Shown here piece by piece: positions 28,670-37,813 of a DNA stretch of 64,000 nt. Source of the stretch: Phycisphaerales bacterium (GTDB lineage Bacteria; Planctomycetota; Phycisphaerae; Phycisphaerales; UBA5793); NCBI GenBank assembly GCA_026647365.1, contig JAPKGW010000015.1:4177-68176 (forward strand), in the 5' to 3' direction. Position 1 is the first letter of the stretch. Every line of letters starts with the position of its first letter. The position numbers and the translations under genes are program-made. The notes under the pieces were generated by a model. The model saw nothing but the letters and a program-made list of their open reading frames with translations. It did not search any database and was not told where the DNA came from.

Positions 28670-28718
28670 TAGCGATGGCAAGCGCCAGAGACCGCATCAA
28701 GGCAAAGAGTGCTCCGAG

Positions 28719-28852
28719 GGTGCCGTGGTCCGCAGGGAGGCTCTGCGACCGGAGGGCCACGCCGTCGCGCGGACGCGCGATCATTCTCATTCGATTGTCG
28801 ATCGCGCGCTCGCGTGGCCCGCGCTCTCAAAGCGTCGCTTGACCACGGCACC
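28719..28852. repeat. MITE-like element, family A copy 3
   Basis: 134 bp with the same perfect 12-bp TIRs and only a few substitutions relative to copy 1. Confidence 0.85.
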
Positions 28853-28866
28853 TGGCAATTCCCCCG

Positions 28867-28927
28867 CCCTCCCGCGAGTTTCCCCCGTCCGGCGCGAAGT
28901 TACGAGGAAGGAAACGACACAGCCCCG
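28867..28927. repeat. ~60-bp direct repeat, family C copy 2
   Basis: CCCTCCCGCGAGTTTCCCCCGTCCGGCGCGAAGTTACGAGGAAGGAAACGACACAGCCCCG. Confidence 0.8.
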
Positions 28928-28997
28928 ACTCGCACTACTCTGGCCGGAACAAGAAACGCCGCCCACCCCAAGCCGGCGGCCCAAAGCCATGACCGCC

Positions 28998-29126
28998 TCC
29001 CACCGGGTTGGACGACCGACCTTCAAGGCACACCCGAATCCCCCGCCCCAACCCGCCCGCGTCCGCACCGATGCCCGCCGAACAAAGGTGCGATGCGCTT
29101 CCAGAGCCGCGATTATTCCACCCTAC
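28998..29126. repeat. MITE-like element, family B copy 2 (left TIR missing)
   Basis: Aligns to 27789-27926 (…CCCACCGGGTTGGACGACCGACC…GATGCGCTTCCAGAGCCGCGATTATTCCACCCTAC). Confidence 0.75.
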
Positions 29127-29231
29127 AATTCCGGGCTACTTGCTTGGTCGTGTCGATGAAGCGACGCGCGCGGCGCGTCGTGGCCCGCCGATCGTTTCCG
29201 GTTTGCATGCGCGAACCTACCCTGTGTTGTC

Positions 29232-30011
29232 ATGAACCCCACTCAAGAGCCGGATCGGTGGCGCGCGAGAACCAGGCTTGTGAGCCCGGCCGCGATCTGC
29301 CTGCTGGCCGGGTTCGCCATGACCGTTGTGGTGGCATGGGGCTTGGCTATCTGGCAGGGCGCGACGTGGCAAGACGGTGCCGCGCGGATGCGCGGCGTGC
29401 GCGCCCGCAACCCCGGCGCGGGCGAGGGGACCGGGTGGCTGACAGTCGACCGATCCAGCACAACCGGCGCCGTTTTCTTTGAAGCCTTCGCGCTACCCGG
29501 GGGCGGTTCCGTCGCCTCTCGCCCGCCCGGCGCTTCGCCCGACTCGCTGCCCGAGGACGTTGTGCCCCGATGGGCTCGCTCGCACGTCCTTCGGTGGACA
29601 CGCGGGCACTGGCCGCCGACTTACCCGACGGGTCATGCGTACATCGACGCACGCGGCTGGCCTATGCTCGCCCTGTGGTGCGACTATGAACTCGTGCGCC
29701 CGGCAACAGGCGGGTTCGCCATGCACGCACACGGCGGGGTTGAACTCACCGGCCTGAAGCGGGTCAAGGGCTCCTCCTTCGGGGCCGTGTATCCGGTCGC
29801 GCTGCCGCTGCGGCCGCGCTGGGTCGGGCTGCTCGCCAACTCGCTCCTGTACGGCGCGGCCGTCGGCGTGGTTGCGTTTGGTGCCAGCGCGATCAGACTT
29901 CGCCTTCGGCGCCAGGCCGGGCTGTGCGAGCGGTGCGGGTATGACCTGCGGGGTTCGTTCGATGGACAGGGCCGCAGCGTGTGCCCGGAGTGCGGCAGTA
30001 GTAGCGATTGA
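29232..30011 (+). CDS. Hypothetical membrane protein with C-terminal zinc-ribbon (CxxCGYDLRG...CPECG)
   Basis: N-terminal TM 'AAICLLAGFAMTVVVAWGLAIW', second TM near the C-terminus, then 'CERCGYDLRGSFDGQGRSVCPECG'. GC3 is high. Confidence 0.55.
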   Translation: MNPTQEPDRWRARTRLVSPAAICLLAGFAMTVVVAWGLAIWQGATWQDGAARMRGVRARNPGAGEGTGWLTVDRSSTTGAVFFEAFALPGGGSVASRPPGASPDSLPEDVVPRWARSHVLRWTRGHWPPTYPTGHAYIDARGWPMLALWCDYELVRPATGGFAMHAHGGVELTGLKRVKGSSFGAVYPVALPLRPRWVGLLANSLLYGAAVGVVAFGASAIRLRLRRQAGLCERCGYDLRGSFDGQGRSVCPECGSSSD

Positions 30012-30106
30012 CCGTGAATCTGCACCTCGGCAGCGGCCTCCCATCGGCTGCCGAACGGCGTAGCATTGCCGGCTCAACCGCAAAAGCCCTGCTTCAGACA
30101 AGATAC

Positions 30107-30160
30107 CAGGGTGGGATAAGCAACGCCTTGGGAGCGCATCCGACCGGCCGACAATCGATG
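30107..30160. repeat. Solo family-B terminal repeat
   Basis: CAGGGTGGGATAAGCAACGCCTTGGGAGCGCATCCGACCGG matches the left TIR of the 27752 element. Confidence 0.7.
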
Positions 30161-30161
30161 C

Positions 30162-30644
<483 letters not shown>

Positions 30645-31047
30645 GAAAGCGCCTCCGCAGGCCGGTCTGGCCGGGATCACGGTACGGCCGTCAGGGTCGA
30701 CGGTCCAGAGCGGGGGGCGGCAGGGCAATCGCGTTGTCCGGAAGCGACTCAGTGCATGCCCCTCCCCCCGCTTTGCGGTGGAGGGGAAGGGGCGGGGGCG
30801 ACCGGATGGCGTGAGGTCTTCGAGTCGCGCATTCCGCACAAGTTTCAGATGCACCCCCCCCACCCCGGCCCTCCCCCGCAGAGCCGGGGGAGGGAGTGAA
30901 TCGGCGGCCTATGAAATCGCGATCGCCCAGCGGGCGAGGGCGGGGATGGCGGCTGCGACCTGCTTGGGCTACTCTTCACCTTCCCGTGGAGCGACCCCGT
31001 TGACTCGCGGGAACCACCACCGCATTCAACGACGAGAGGAGCAGATC

Positions 31048-31665
31048 ATGAAGAACCAGAATAGACTGATTGCAGCCGCCTCGCTGGCGCTGGCGGCGCT
31101 CATCGGCGCCGGCGTGGCCGCTATGCCCGCGGCGCCGCAAGATCCTCCACAGAATCCCCCCCAGGACGCGCCGGACGAGGCGATGATGTTCCCCGAGCCG
31201 GGCGAGCATCACAAGTGGCTCGAACAACTCGTCGGATCCTGGACGGTCGAGTCGGAGATGGGCGGAGAGGGCATGCCGCCGATGAAGGCGACCGGCACCG
31301 ACACGGTTCGCTCGCTCGGCGGGCGGTGGGTCATCTGCGAACTCAAAAGCGAAATGCCCGGCATGGGCGCGATGCAGGCCGTGCTGACCATCGGCTACGA
31401 CTCCGAGACCGGCAAGTACCAGGGCACGTGGGTTGACTCCGTCTCTGATCTGCTCTGGATCTATGAGGGAACGCTCGACGCGACGCGGAAGATTCTTACG
31501 CTCGAGGCCGAAGGCCCCAACATGATGGATCCCGCTGCCGGAAGGACGCGCTATCGCGACGTGATCGAGTTCAAGAGCGATGTGCATCGCACGCTCACGT
31601 CCTTCGCCCTCGTCGATGGCGAGTGGGTGCAGTTCGTCACGGCGAACTACCGCAAGGTGAAGTGA
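31048..31665 (+). CDS. DUF1579 domain secreted protein
   Basis: ATG 31048 with a GAGGAG RBS and a signal peptide. Also 'HKWLEQLVGSWTVE', 'LGGRWVICE', 'GYDSETGKYQGTWVDSVS'. Confidence 0.7.
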   Translation: MKNQNRLIAAASLALAALIGAGVAAMPAAPQDPPQNPPQDAPDEAMMFPEPGEHHKWLEQLVGSWTVESEMGGEGMPPMKATGTDTVRSLGGRWVICELKSEMPGMGAMQAVLTIGYDSETGKYQGTWVDSVSDLLWIYEGTLDATRKILTLEAEGPNMMDPAAGRTRYRDVIEFKSDVHRTLTSFALVDGEWVQFVTANYRKVK

Positions 31666-31940
31666 GGCGTGATCAGGCCGCAGTAGCCCCCGCGCGGCCG
31701 GGGAGACAGCCTCCCGCGCGAGGTTGAGCCGGAGAACAGTTGATCAGGCGACCGCAGGTGTCGAGGACGCCAGCCTCGATCGCTGCACGAGTGCGCGCCG
31801 GCTCTCTCACCTGGTCACCTGCTCCACTTTTCACCTGCTCTATTGCCGCATTGCGGCAATCGGGGCGACTGGCACTCGTTTGAACCGGTCGGAACCCTCA
31901 TTGAGCGATATGTGGCGGCATTCGTCGGCCCTTCGGATGA

Positions 31941-33209
31941 TCACTGGCGACTCGCGGAGCGCCTTGCGCGAGCCTGTGCTTGACGAGGCGGCTGTTTCAG
32001 GCGGTAGTAGCCCGTCTTTGGAGCCCCTGTGAACTCGATCTGGTCGCCCAGGTCGGCCAGATCGCGTTTCGCCGTCGCGCGAGACACCTTGAACTCCCGC
32101 TCGATGTCCTTGCGCCTGACCTGACGGCCGGCCCTCAATGCGGCGAGCGCCCACTTGTGCCGCGCATTTAGCACGACAACCTTCGGCTGACCTGCACCGT
32201 CGTCCGTTACGGGGTCATTTACAGGGTCATCCGCGCCGCGCGCTGCCGCGACCGGGAGACTCTCCGGCGCCTTTCGACCGTGGCGATGGCCGTTTCCATT
32301 GCGGAATACGGGGTCATCGATTCCCTTTACAGGGTCATCGCTGGCGGCTTCGGTCAGACGGGACATGCCGTTGGACTCGCTGGGTGGGCATCGGACTTCC
32401 GATGCATCGCGCACGATGATCTTCGAAGTAAACCGATAGCCAAGCCCGTCCGTGTTCTCGATGACATCGCTTCGGCCACAATCGATCCCGCGCTCATGCC
32501 GAAGCCGCTTTCGCACCTTGCCACGGAATGTGGCGATCGCTTCCGTGGCAGCATTCTGGCCTCGAAGCGCTTTCGCTGCTCGGGCCAGATCCGCGCCGCT
32601 GATGCTCCGGTACCGGCCGTCTGGATATGTCGTTCGAAGCTCGTCGAGGATTGTTCGCATGATGCCTGATGCGACATCCCCACAGACCCTTACGCCGCAC
32701 AGGTCAACCCTGTCAGGGTAGAACACCAGTTCGCCGCCCTCGAAGGGTCTGAGCGGCGCCGCTTCAGCCCGCGAGCCAGATTGGTTGCCAGCGGCTTTCA
32801 TTCGGGGCTCGAGCACCTTTCGGACTACCGATGGGAGAGTCCTCCCCGTCTCTGGAAACGGCTTCGAGATGAACTCGTTGGCACCGAGTCGCACGAACTC
32901 GGTCGTGCGGTCCACACAGACGCTTGAGTGAGCGGTAATCACGATCACCGGCAGATCGACCGACGAATACCGCTCCCGGACTTGCCGGAGCAGATTGGCT
33001 CCACACTCAATCGAGGCCCCTCCTCGCCCGCGGCGAGCCGGAATGTGGAGATCGAGAAGAACATAGTCGAGGCGACTCACACCGAGCGCCTCGATCGCCT
33101 CCTCCTGACTGGCCACGCTTGTGAATGTGTGCCCGAGCGAGTACAGTGCATCTTCGATGGATCGAACGATTCGATCATCATCCTCGACGATCAGTGCCCT
33201 GATCTCCAT
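31941..33209 (-). CDS. Response regulator: REC + OmpR/PhoB-type winged helix + Asp/Pro-rich linker + extra C-terminal HTH
   Basis: The REC domain has 'ALIVEDDD', 'YVLLDLHIP', 'VIVITAHSS' and 'FISKPF'. The wHTH is 'LVFYPDRVDLCGVRV...VRKRLRHE...GLGYRFTSKI'. The C-terminal HTH-like segment is 'RKDIEREFKVSRATAKRDLADL'. The ATG shares 1 nt with the kinase stop (TGATG). Confidence 0.85.
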   Translation of the reverse strand: MEIRALIVEDDDRIVRSIEDALYSLGHTFTSVASQEEAIEALGVSRLDYVLLDLHIPARRGRGGASIECGANLLRQVRERYSSVDLPVIVITAHSSVCVDRTTEFVRLGANEFISKPFPETGRTLPSVVRKVLEPRMKAAGNQSGSRAEAAPLRPFEGGELVFYPDRVDLCGVRVCGDVASGIMRTILDELRTTYPDGRYRSISGADLARAAKALRGQNAATEAIATFRGKVRKRLRHERGIDCGRSDVIENTDGLGYRFTSKIIVRDASEVRCPPSESNGMSRLTEAASDDPVKGIDDPVFRNGNGHRHGRKAPESLPVAAARGADDPVNDPVTDDGAGQPKVVVLNARHKWALAALRAGRQVRRKDIEREFKVSRATAKRDLADLGDQIEFTGAPKTGYYRLKQPPRQAQARARRSASRQ

Positions 33210-34351
33210 CAGGTCACCCTCCCTGCCATCGCGGAAGGCAATCGAATTGTCACGGTGGTGCCGGCCCCCTCCTCACTCTCAATCGTGAGCGTGCCGCCAT
33301 GTGCGTCGATCTTCCGCATCGCGTTGGGCAGGCCGTATCCCGTGCTGTTTCGCTTGTTCTTGTTCCGGCGGCCTGGTGTGTGCAGGTAAAGCATCCTGCC
33401 TTCCTCTTCCGAGAACCCCATGCCATTGTCGCGTACGATCACGCTCACACAATCGCTGCCTTCGGCGGCATGTATCTCGATCCGACTGGGGGGATCGCTC
33501 GCGTCCCTGAACATAAACGCCTCGAAGGCGTTCTTCAGGACATTGGCAAACGCAGCAACGAGTTGGTGCTCGGCCGCTTCGACGACGATGCGATCCGCGA
33601 CGTCGATGTTCACTCCCACGAGGTTCGGGTCGATTCCGTTCAATCGACGCACGCTCGCTTTGGCCTGATCCAGCGCCTTGGCGACGAGAGAACGAAGGGG
33701 GAGCTTCTTGAAGGCAAGATCGAGCGGTTCGGTGAACTGCTCCATGTCCCGGATCGTGCGTTCCAGGTGGTTGAGCCCGTCCTGAATGTTCCCCACCCGC
33801 CGTCCTTGAGGAGCACCCGCGGCACTGATCATTGACGCGACATTGGATTTCAGATGGGTGACGATGTTCCGCAGGTCATGCACCATCGCGCCCACGAGTT
33901 GCTCGTTGAACCGGCGGCAAAGCCGCCACGCCTCCTGTGCGGCTGGCCTGCCGTATCGGTTCTCGATGGCGTCGAGTTCCGCAGCAATCTGATCTGCCCC
34001 CGCGATGGCTCTCGCTCGCGTTCGTGCTGCCGTGCGGCGCTTCTCAATCGCCTTCGAGGCACGCTGGCGCACGAACGCATTCTCATCTCCGCCCAAGTTG
34101 CTCCTGAGCGTGTCGAAGAGCGGCTCCGGCACGATCTCGAGCAGTCCGGCCACAGCGTGTCGAACCTCGGGCTTGGGGTCGGACGCGAGGATCAACACTG
34201 CGGCGAGGGCGTCTGGTGCGGGCGACGGCCCGTCGATGTGATCACGCAGCCAGTGCGCCAGCTCGACGCGCCGGGGCCAGGGCACGGCCTCTTGACCCGA
34301 CAACACTGAAGCCAGATCGGCCGCCGACGCATTGGGTTCAACCAGCGTCAT
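33209..34351 (-). CDS. Soluble sensor histidine kinase with N-terminal HEAT-like repeats
   Basis: No TM segment. HEAT-like repeats 'DPKPEVRHAVAGLLEI' and 'GDENAFVRQRASKAIEK'. H-box 'MVHDLRNIV', N-box 'VLKNAFEA', G1 'DNGMGF', G2 'GYGLP'. The ATG overlaps the ATPase stop (ATGA). Confidence 0.85.
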   Translation of the reverse strand: MTLVEPNASAADLASVLSGQEAVPWPRRVELAHWLRDHIDGPSPAPDALAAVLILASDPKPEVRHAVAGLLEIVPEPLFDTLRSNLGGDENAFVRQRASKAIEKRRTAARTRARAIAGADQIAAELDAIENRYGRPAAQEAWRLCRRFNEQLVGAMVHDLRNIVTHLKSNVASMISAAGAPQGRRVGNIQDGLNHLERTIRDMEQFTEPLDLAFKKLPLRSLVAKALDQAKASVRRLNGIDPNLVGVNIDVADRIVVEAAEHQLVAAFANVLKNAFEAFMFRDASDPPSRIEIHAAEGSDCVSVIVRDNGMGFSEEEGRMLYLHTPGRRNKNKRNSTGYGLPNAMRKIDAHGGTLTIESEEGAGTTVTIRLPSAMAGRVT

Positions 34352-36276
34352 GATCTGGCCCTGTATCGCTCATGCCGGCATTGGAACGCCTTGTCACCTC
34401 CTTCGAGCAGATTCACGATCTCGTCCCTGCACTCATCGACTGTGCCCTGTCGCACTATCCAGGCCTTCCGTTCGTCCGCCGCCAGCACAAAGACGCGCTC
34501 GGCATCCCCCAGCACCGGGATGTTCGGATTGTGGGTCACGAAGATCATCTGTCGCATCGCCTTGATCCGCGCGATGCTTTGGACGACGCACTCGACGATG
34601 TACCCGTTGTCGATGTTGTCCTCGGGCTGGTCAATAAGCAGGGGCCGTTCGCTCTCCAGGAGCAGGATCGGCAGGATCGTCGTACACTTCTGACCTTTGG
34701 AAAGCCGCTGCGATTCGCGGAACTCCTCGCCGACCTTGAGTTCGATGCGGGGCAGGTCGGAGAGCTCGACCGACTCCAGATCGAGCAGGGCCTTTGATTC
34801 CTTCAGGGCCTCGACGACCTTCTGCGCCTGCTCGCCGTTCAGTTCCGCCTCGTTCACGAGACGATGGAGATCACCAGCCCGAATGATTTCGGCCAACTGC
34901 GCCGGCCAGCAGGCGCTGGTCAACTTGTCTGCGACAACCCCCTGCTTGAGACGGTTGTTCCGAAGGGCATCCTCAAGGAGTCTGCGATAGTGGCGGCGAT
35001 CGCCAGCCTCCGTCACGGTGACGCGGATGTTGCCGCTCATGGCGCCCGTGATCCGCTCCGCGATGCCCCGGCGTACGGCGAATCTCGTGTTGCGCAGGTC
35101 GGAGAGGCGTTCGAGAAGTTCCTTCCTCTCTGACAGAACGTCCTCCAGCCTGCGAATCCTCTCATCCCGAGTCCGCTGCTTGGCGAGCAGATCGTTGCGG
35201 AGCCGCTCGAGGCGAGAGCGCTCCGCCGCTTGCGACCGCGCCTTCTGGTGCTTGTCCATGATCGCCTGAAAGTCAAGTTCCTGCTGGTCGTGCGCGAGGG
35301 ACAAGTCCTCGCCCGCCGACCGAACAGCCTTTCGCGTGCGCTTCACGAGATCGACGCAGGATCCGAGGGCGGCATCGACTTCAGTACCGCAGTCGCCGAC
35401 GATCTTCCTGATTGCGTCGATGGCCTCAGCGTTGGGTCCGCCACGGACCCCGTCCGCGAAGACCTGCCGAACACCGCCCTTGATCTGTCCGCGTACCTCA
35501 CCCAAGGCACCGGCGTACTCCGACAGAAACTCCGCAATGCCGCTGACGGCTCGCTTTTCGCGGTCCCGCAGAGCCTTTAGAGTGTGGGCTCGATCGACGC
35601 CATCGACATCCTTTCCTCCTGGGTCTGCGTACCCCTTGAGTTTCTCCTCGACGCTGGGCAGCGCGGCCAGTTCCTCCGCCAGACTTGCGATCTGCGATTG
35701 AAGCGGCCCGATCGTGCCCGCATTCGAGTCCAGCGCATGCTCGATGGATCGAATCTCCTCGCCGACCTTCTCGATTTCATCGGACTCGAAGTTGTCGAGC
35801 AGGACGAGCTGTGACGAACCGCAGTCCGCGATCGATTCGATCTCGTTCTGGCTGTAGACATCCACATGCAGGATGCCGCCTCTGCGGAGCGAGATCTCTG
35901 TTGGCTTCCGATCCGCGTCGAGGACGATCGGATCCTCACCGAACGAGCGCGTGACGACGAATTCGATTCCGTCACGGGTCGCCGCCGTGGCCTCGACCCT
36001 GCCGCCGCCAAGGTTGTGGGCGAGGAGCGACTCAGCCCGCTTCGACGCTCCCTCACTGTCCAGCGTGGTCGACCCGGCGAAAACAAAGCGCACCAGTTCG
36101 AGTACGGTGGTCTTGCCCGTGCCTCGGCCACCAATGATGCAGTTCAAGCCGGCGCTCAACTCGATCTCGGCGCCATCGAGGAAGCCTCCGACGAAGCGGA
36201 TCGCCTTGATCAGCGGAGTCGATGCCTCGCCTTCGAGACGGTTTGAGTTCGCTTGGCTTCCGGTGATCTGCGTCAT
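34348..36276 (-). CDS. SMC/Rad50/RecN-like ABC-type ATPase with long helical insert
   Basis: Walker A 'IIGGRGTGKTTVLE'. A ~330-aa helical/coiled-coil-like middle. Signature-like 'LSKGQKCTTIL', Walker B/D-loop 'PLLIDQPEDNIDN', H-loop 'IFVTHNPNIPV'. Confidence 0.85.
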   Translation of the reverse strand: MTQITGSQANSNRLEGEASTPLIKAIRFVGGFLDGAEIELSAGLNCIIGGRGTGKTTVLELVRFVFAGSTTLDSEGASKRAESLLAHNLGGGRVEATAATRDGIEFVVTRSFGEDPIVLDADRKPTEISLRRGGILHVDVYSQNEIESIADCGSSQLVLLDNFESDEIEKVGEEIRSIEHALDSNAGTIGPLQSQIASLAEELAALPSVEEKLKGYADPGGKDVDGVDRAHTLKALRDREKRAVSGIAEFLSEYAGALGEVRGQIKGGVRQVFADGVRGGPNAEAIDAIRKIVGDCGTEVDAALGSCVDLVKRTRKAVRSAGEDLSLAHDQQELDFQAIMDKHQKARSQAAERSRLERLRNDLLAKQRTRDERIRRLEDVLSERKELLERLSDLRNTRFAVRRGIAERITGAMSGNIRVTVTEAGDRRHYRRLLEDALRNNRLKQGVVADKLTSACWPAQLAEIIRAGDLHRLVNEAELNGEQAQKVVEALKESKALLDLESVELSDLPRIELKVGEEFRESQRLSKGQKCTTILPILLLESERPLLIDQPEDNIDNGYIVECVVQSIARIKAMRQMIFVTHNPNIPVLGDAERVFVLAADERKAWIVRQGTVDECRDEIVNLLEGGDKAFQCRHERYRARS

Positions 36277-36691
36277 GACAGTGTCCTCGATGGGGTGAGA
36301 TGCAGCGGGGACCGCTCAGGCCCGAATCGCCCGCTTCGTGGAGCGATGTGGGCCAATATAGTCGGTTGACGTTAGGGTGTCAAACCGCGACACAGATCTC
36401 TATCTCCGTGCGACGAAGGCCGATTCTTGCCTCCGAGAATCGGAGCACAGAATCCCATTCAAATGCCTCGTCCTGTCTCAAGTTGGCGGCCAACGCCGGA
36501 GCCACGATCGCGTCCGTCCATCAGTCAGATCCGATCACGAATGGTCGACCGTCCCATCCCGCCTTGGCAGCACCCCTGCGCGGCACCGATCCATCAGTCT
36601 TTCAAGATCGCGAACCACCGGGTCAGTGCGGCTGCTGCCGTCGCACTGACCGAGAGTAGCGTCGACATCTCGGCGCTGATACGCTGCCGCT

Positions 36692-37813
36692 ATGATGAGC
36701 GACCCTCTCCGAACTCCGCCGACCTCCAAAGCCCTCCTGTCGCCAGGTCCGAGTCTCGCAAAACGACTGGCACGCCTCCTCGGCCAGCCGTTCAAACTCA
36801 CCGGCAAGACCAGAACGGACGGATCGAACCTCCGAAAAGTCGTCACGAGCGCGCTGGCGGCGGGCAGTCTGCCTCCACCGGCGGTGGAAGGTGCGTGGAG
36901 GTGCGTCGTTCCAAAGAAGAAGGGTGTTCCTCGACTCCTCCTTGAGTTTGTGGACACATACATCGTCACGACCGGGTCGTCCTACAACCTCCAAGTCTGG
37001 AATCGCAATCCCAGCGAACCCACGCCGCAGATCGAGTACGCCGACGGATCTCACCTGCGAGCCAACGATGTGCGGCTCATTCTGGTTCGTGTCGACCCAA
37101 CCAAAGCGTTGATCCGCACCGTCATCGTGATGACTCCGGACTATGTCGTTGAGCACTTCGGCAAGTTCGGAAAGCAGACTGTCAAGGAGCAGCTCATCAT
37201 CACGAACAGTGCCAGGTCCGAGGTGCTGAAGCGGCAACCACCAGTGCTCTTCTATCCCGACGAGGCGGGGGTGGCGACGATCCCCCCTGTCGACCTCTCA
37301 AACGCCGAAATGCATGCGTGCCCCAATGCCGAAGGCGTTCTCTCTCTTGACCGCATCCGCCAACTCGTGGTCCCCGCACTGATCGGCCGGCGGATTGACC
37401 CCGGTGCAACCAAGAATCGCGGGCAGGAGCTGGAGCGCATCGTTGCCGAAGTCCTGGGGTACAGGCCATCCGAGCAAGACTTACTCGCCGGCGGCTACCC
37501 TGATCTCAGGCACCAAGCACTTGAGGTCAAGGTGCAGGATGCGCCGACCGTCGATCTGGGGAGATACTCTCCGCAGTTTGATGAGCCTGTGCCCGACTGC
37601 GGCGCCTTTACGACGCGCACGACCCGATACCTCATCTCGCTGATGGATGCATCGACCGGTATCTGCAAGGGACTCATCCTTTGCCCCGGCTCCAAACTCG
37701 GCGCTCACTTTGTATATGTCGGCGAGCAGAGCTTCAAGTGCCAACGATCCATTCCGATGGCGTTCTTCTCCGCATTCGAGGGTCAAGCGGTTTTCAACCC
37801 GCCGTACCCGTGA
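36692..37813 (+). CDS. Putative type II restriction endonuclease (PD-(D/E)xK, MutH/Sau3AI-like core)
   Basis: 'NRGQELERIVAEVLGY...GGYPDLRHQALEVKVQ' resembles the MutH/Sau3AI catalytic block (G..E..LG...PD...E.K). It is convergent with, and overlaps, the methyltransferase gene. Confidence 0.55.
   Translation: MMSDPLRTPPTSKALLSPGPSLAKRLARLLGQPFKLTGKTRTDGSNLRKVVTSALAAGSLPPPAVEGAWRCVVPKKKGVPRLLLEFVDTYIVTTGSSYNLQVWNRNPSEPTPQIEYADGSHLRANDVRLILVRVDPTKALIRTVIVMTPDYVVEHFGKFGKQTVKEQLIITNSARSEVLKRQPPVLFYPDEAGVATIPPVDLSNAEMHACPNAEGVLSLDRIRQLVVPALIGRRIDPGATKNRGQELERIVAEVLGYRPSEQDLLAGGYPDLRHQALEVKVQDAPTVDLGRYSPQFDEPVPDCGAFTTRTTRYLISLMDASTGICKGLILCPGSKLGAHFVYVGEQSFKCQRSIPMAFFSAFEGQAVFNPPYP

Noticed and set aside
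27752-29126. Possible CRISPR array
   Set aside because: The repeat units are 60-175 bp, of several unrelated families, with terminal inverted repeats and irregular spacing. No cas genes are present. This is not CRISPR architecture.
28108-29482. 244-, 231- and 257-aa ORFs in the repeat nest
   Set aside because: They read straight through MITE-like repeats and are Pro/Arg/Ser/Ala-rich. They have no motifs and no consistent GC3 advantage, so I treat the region as non-coding.
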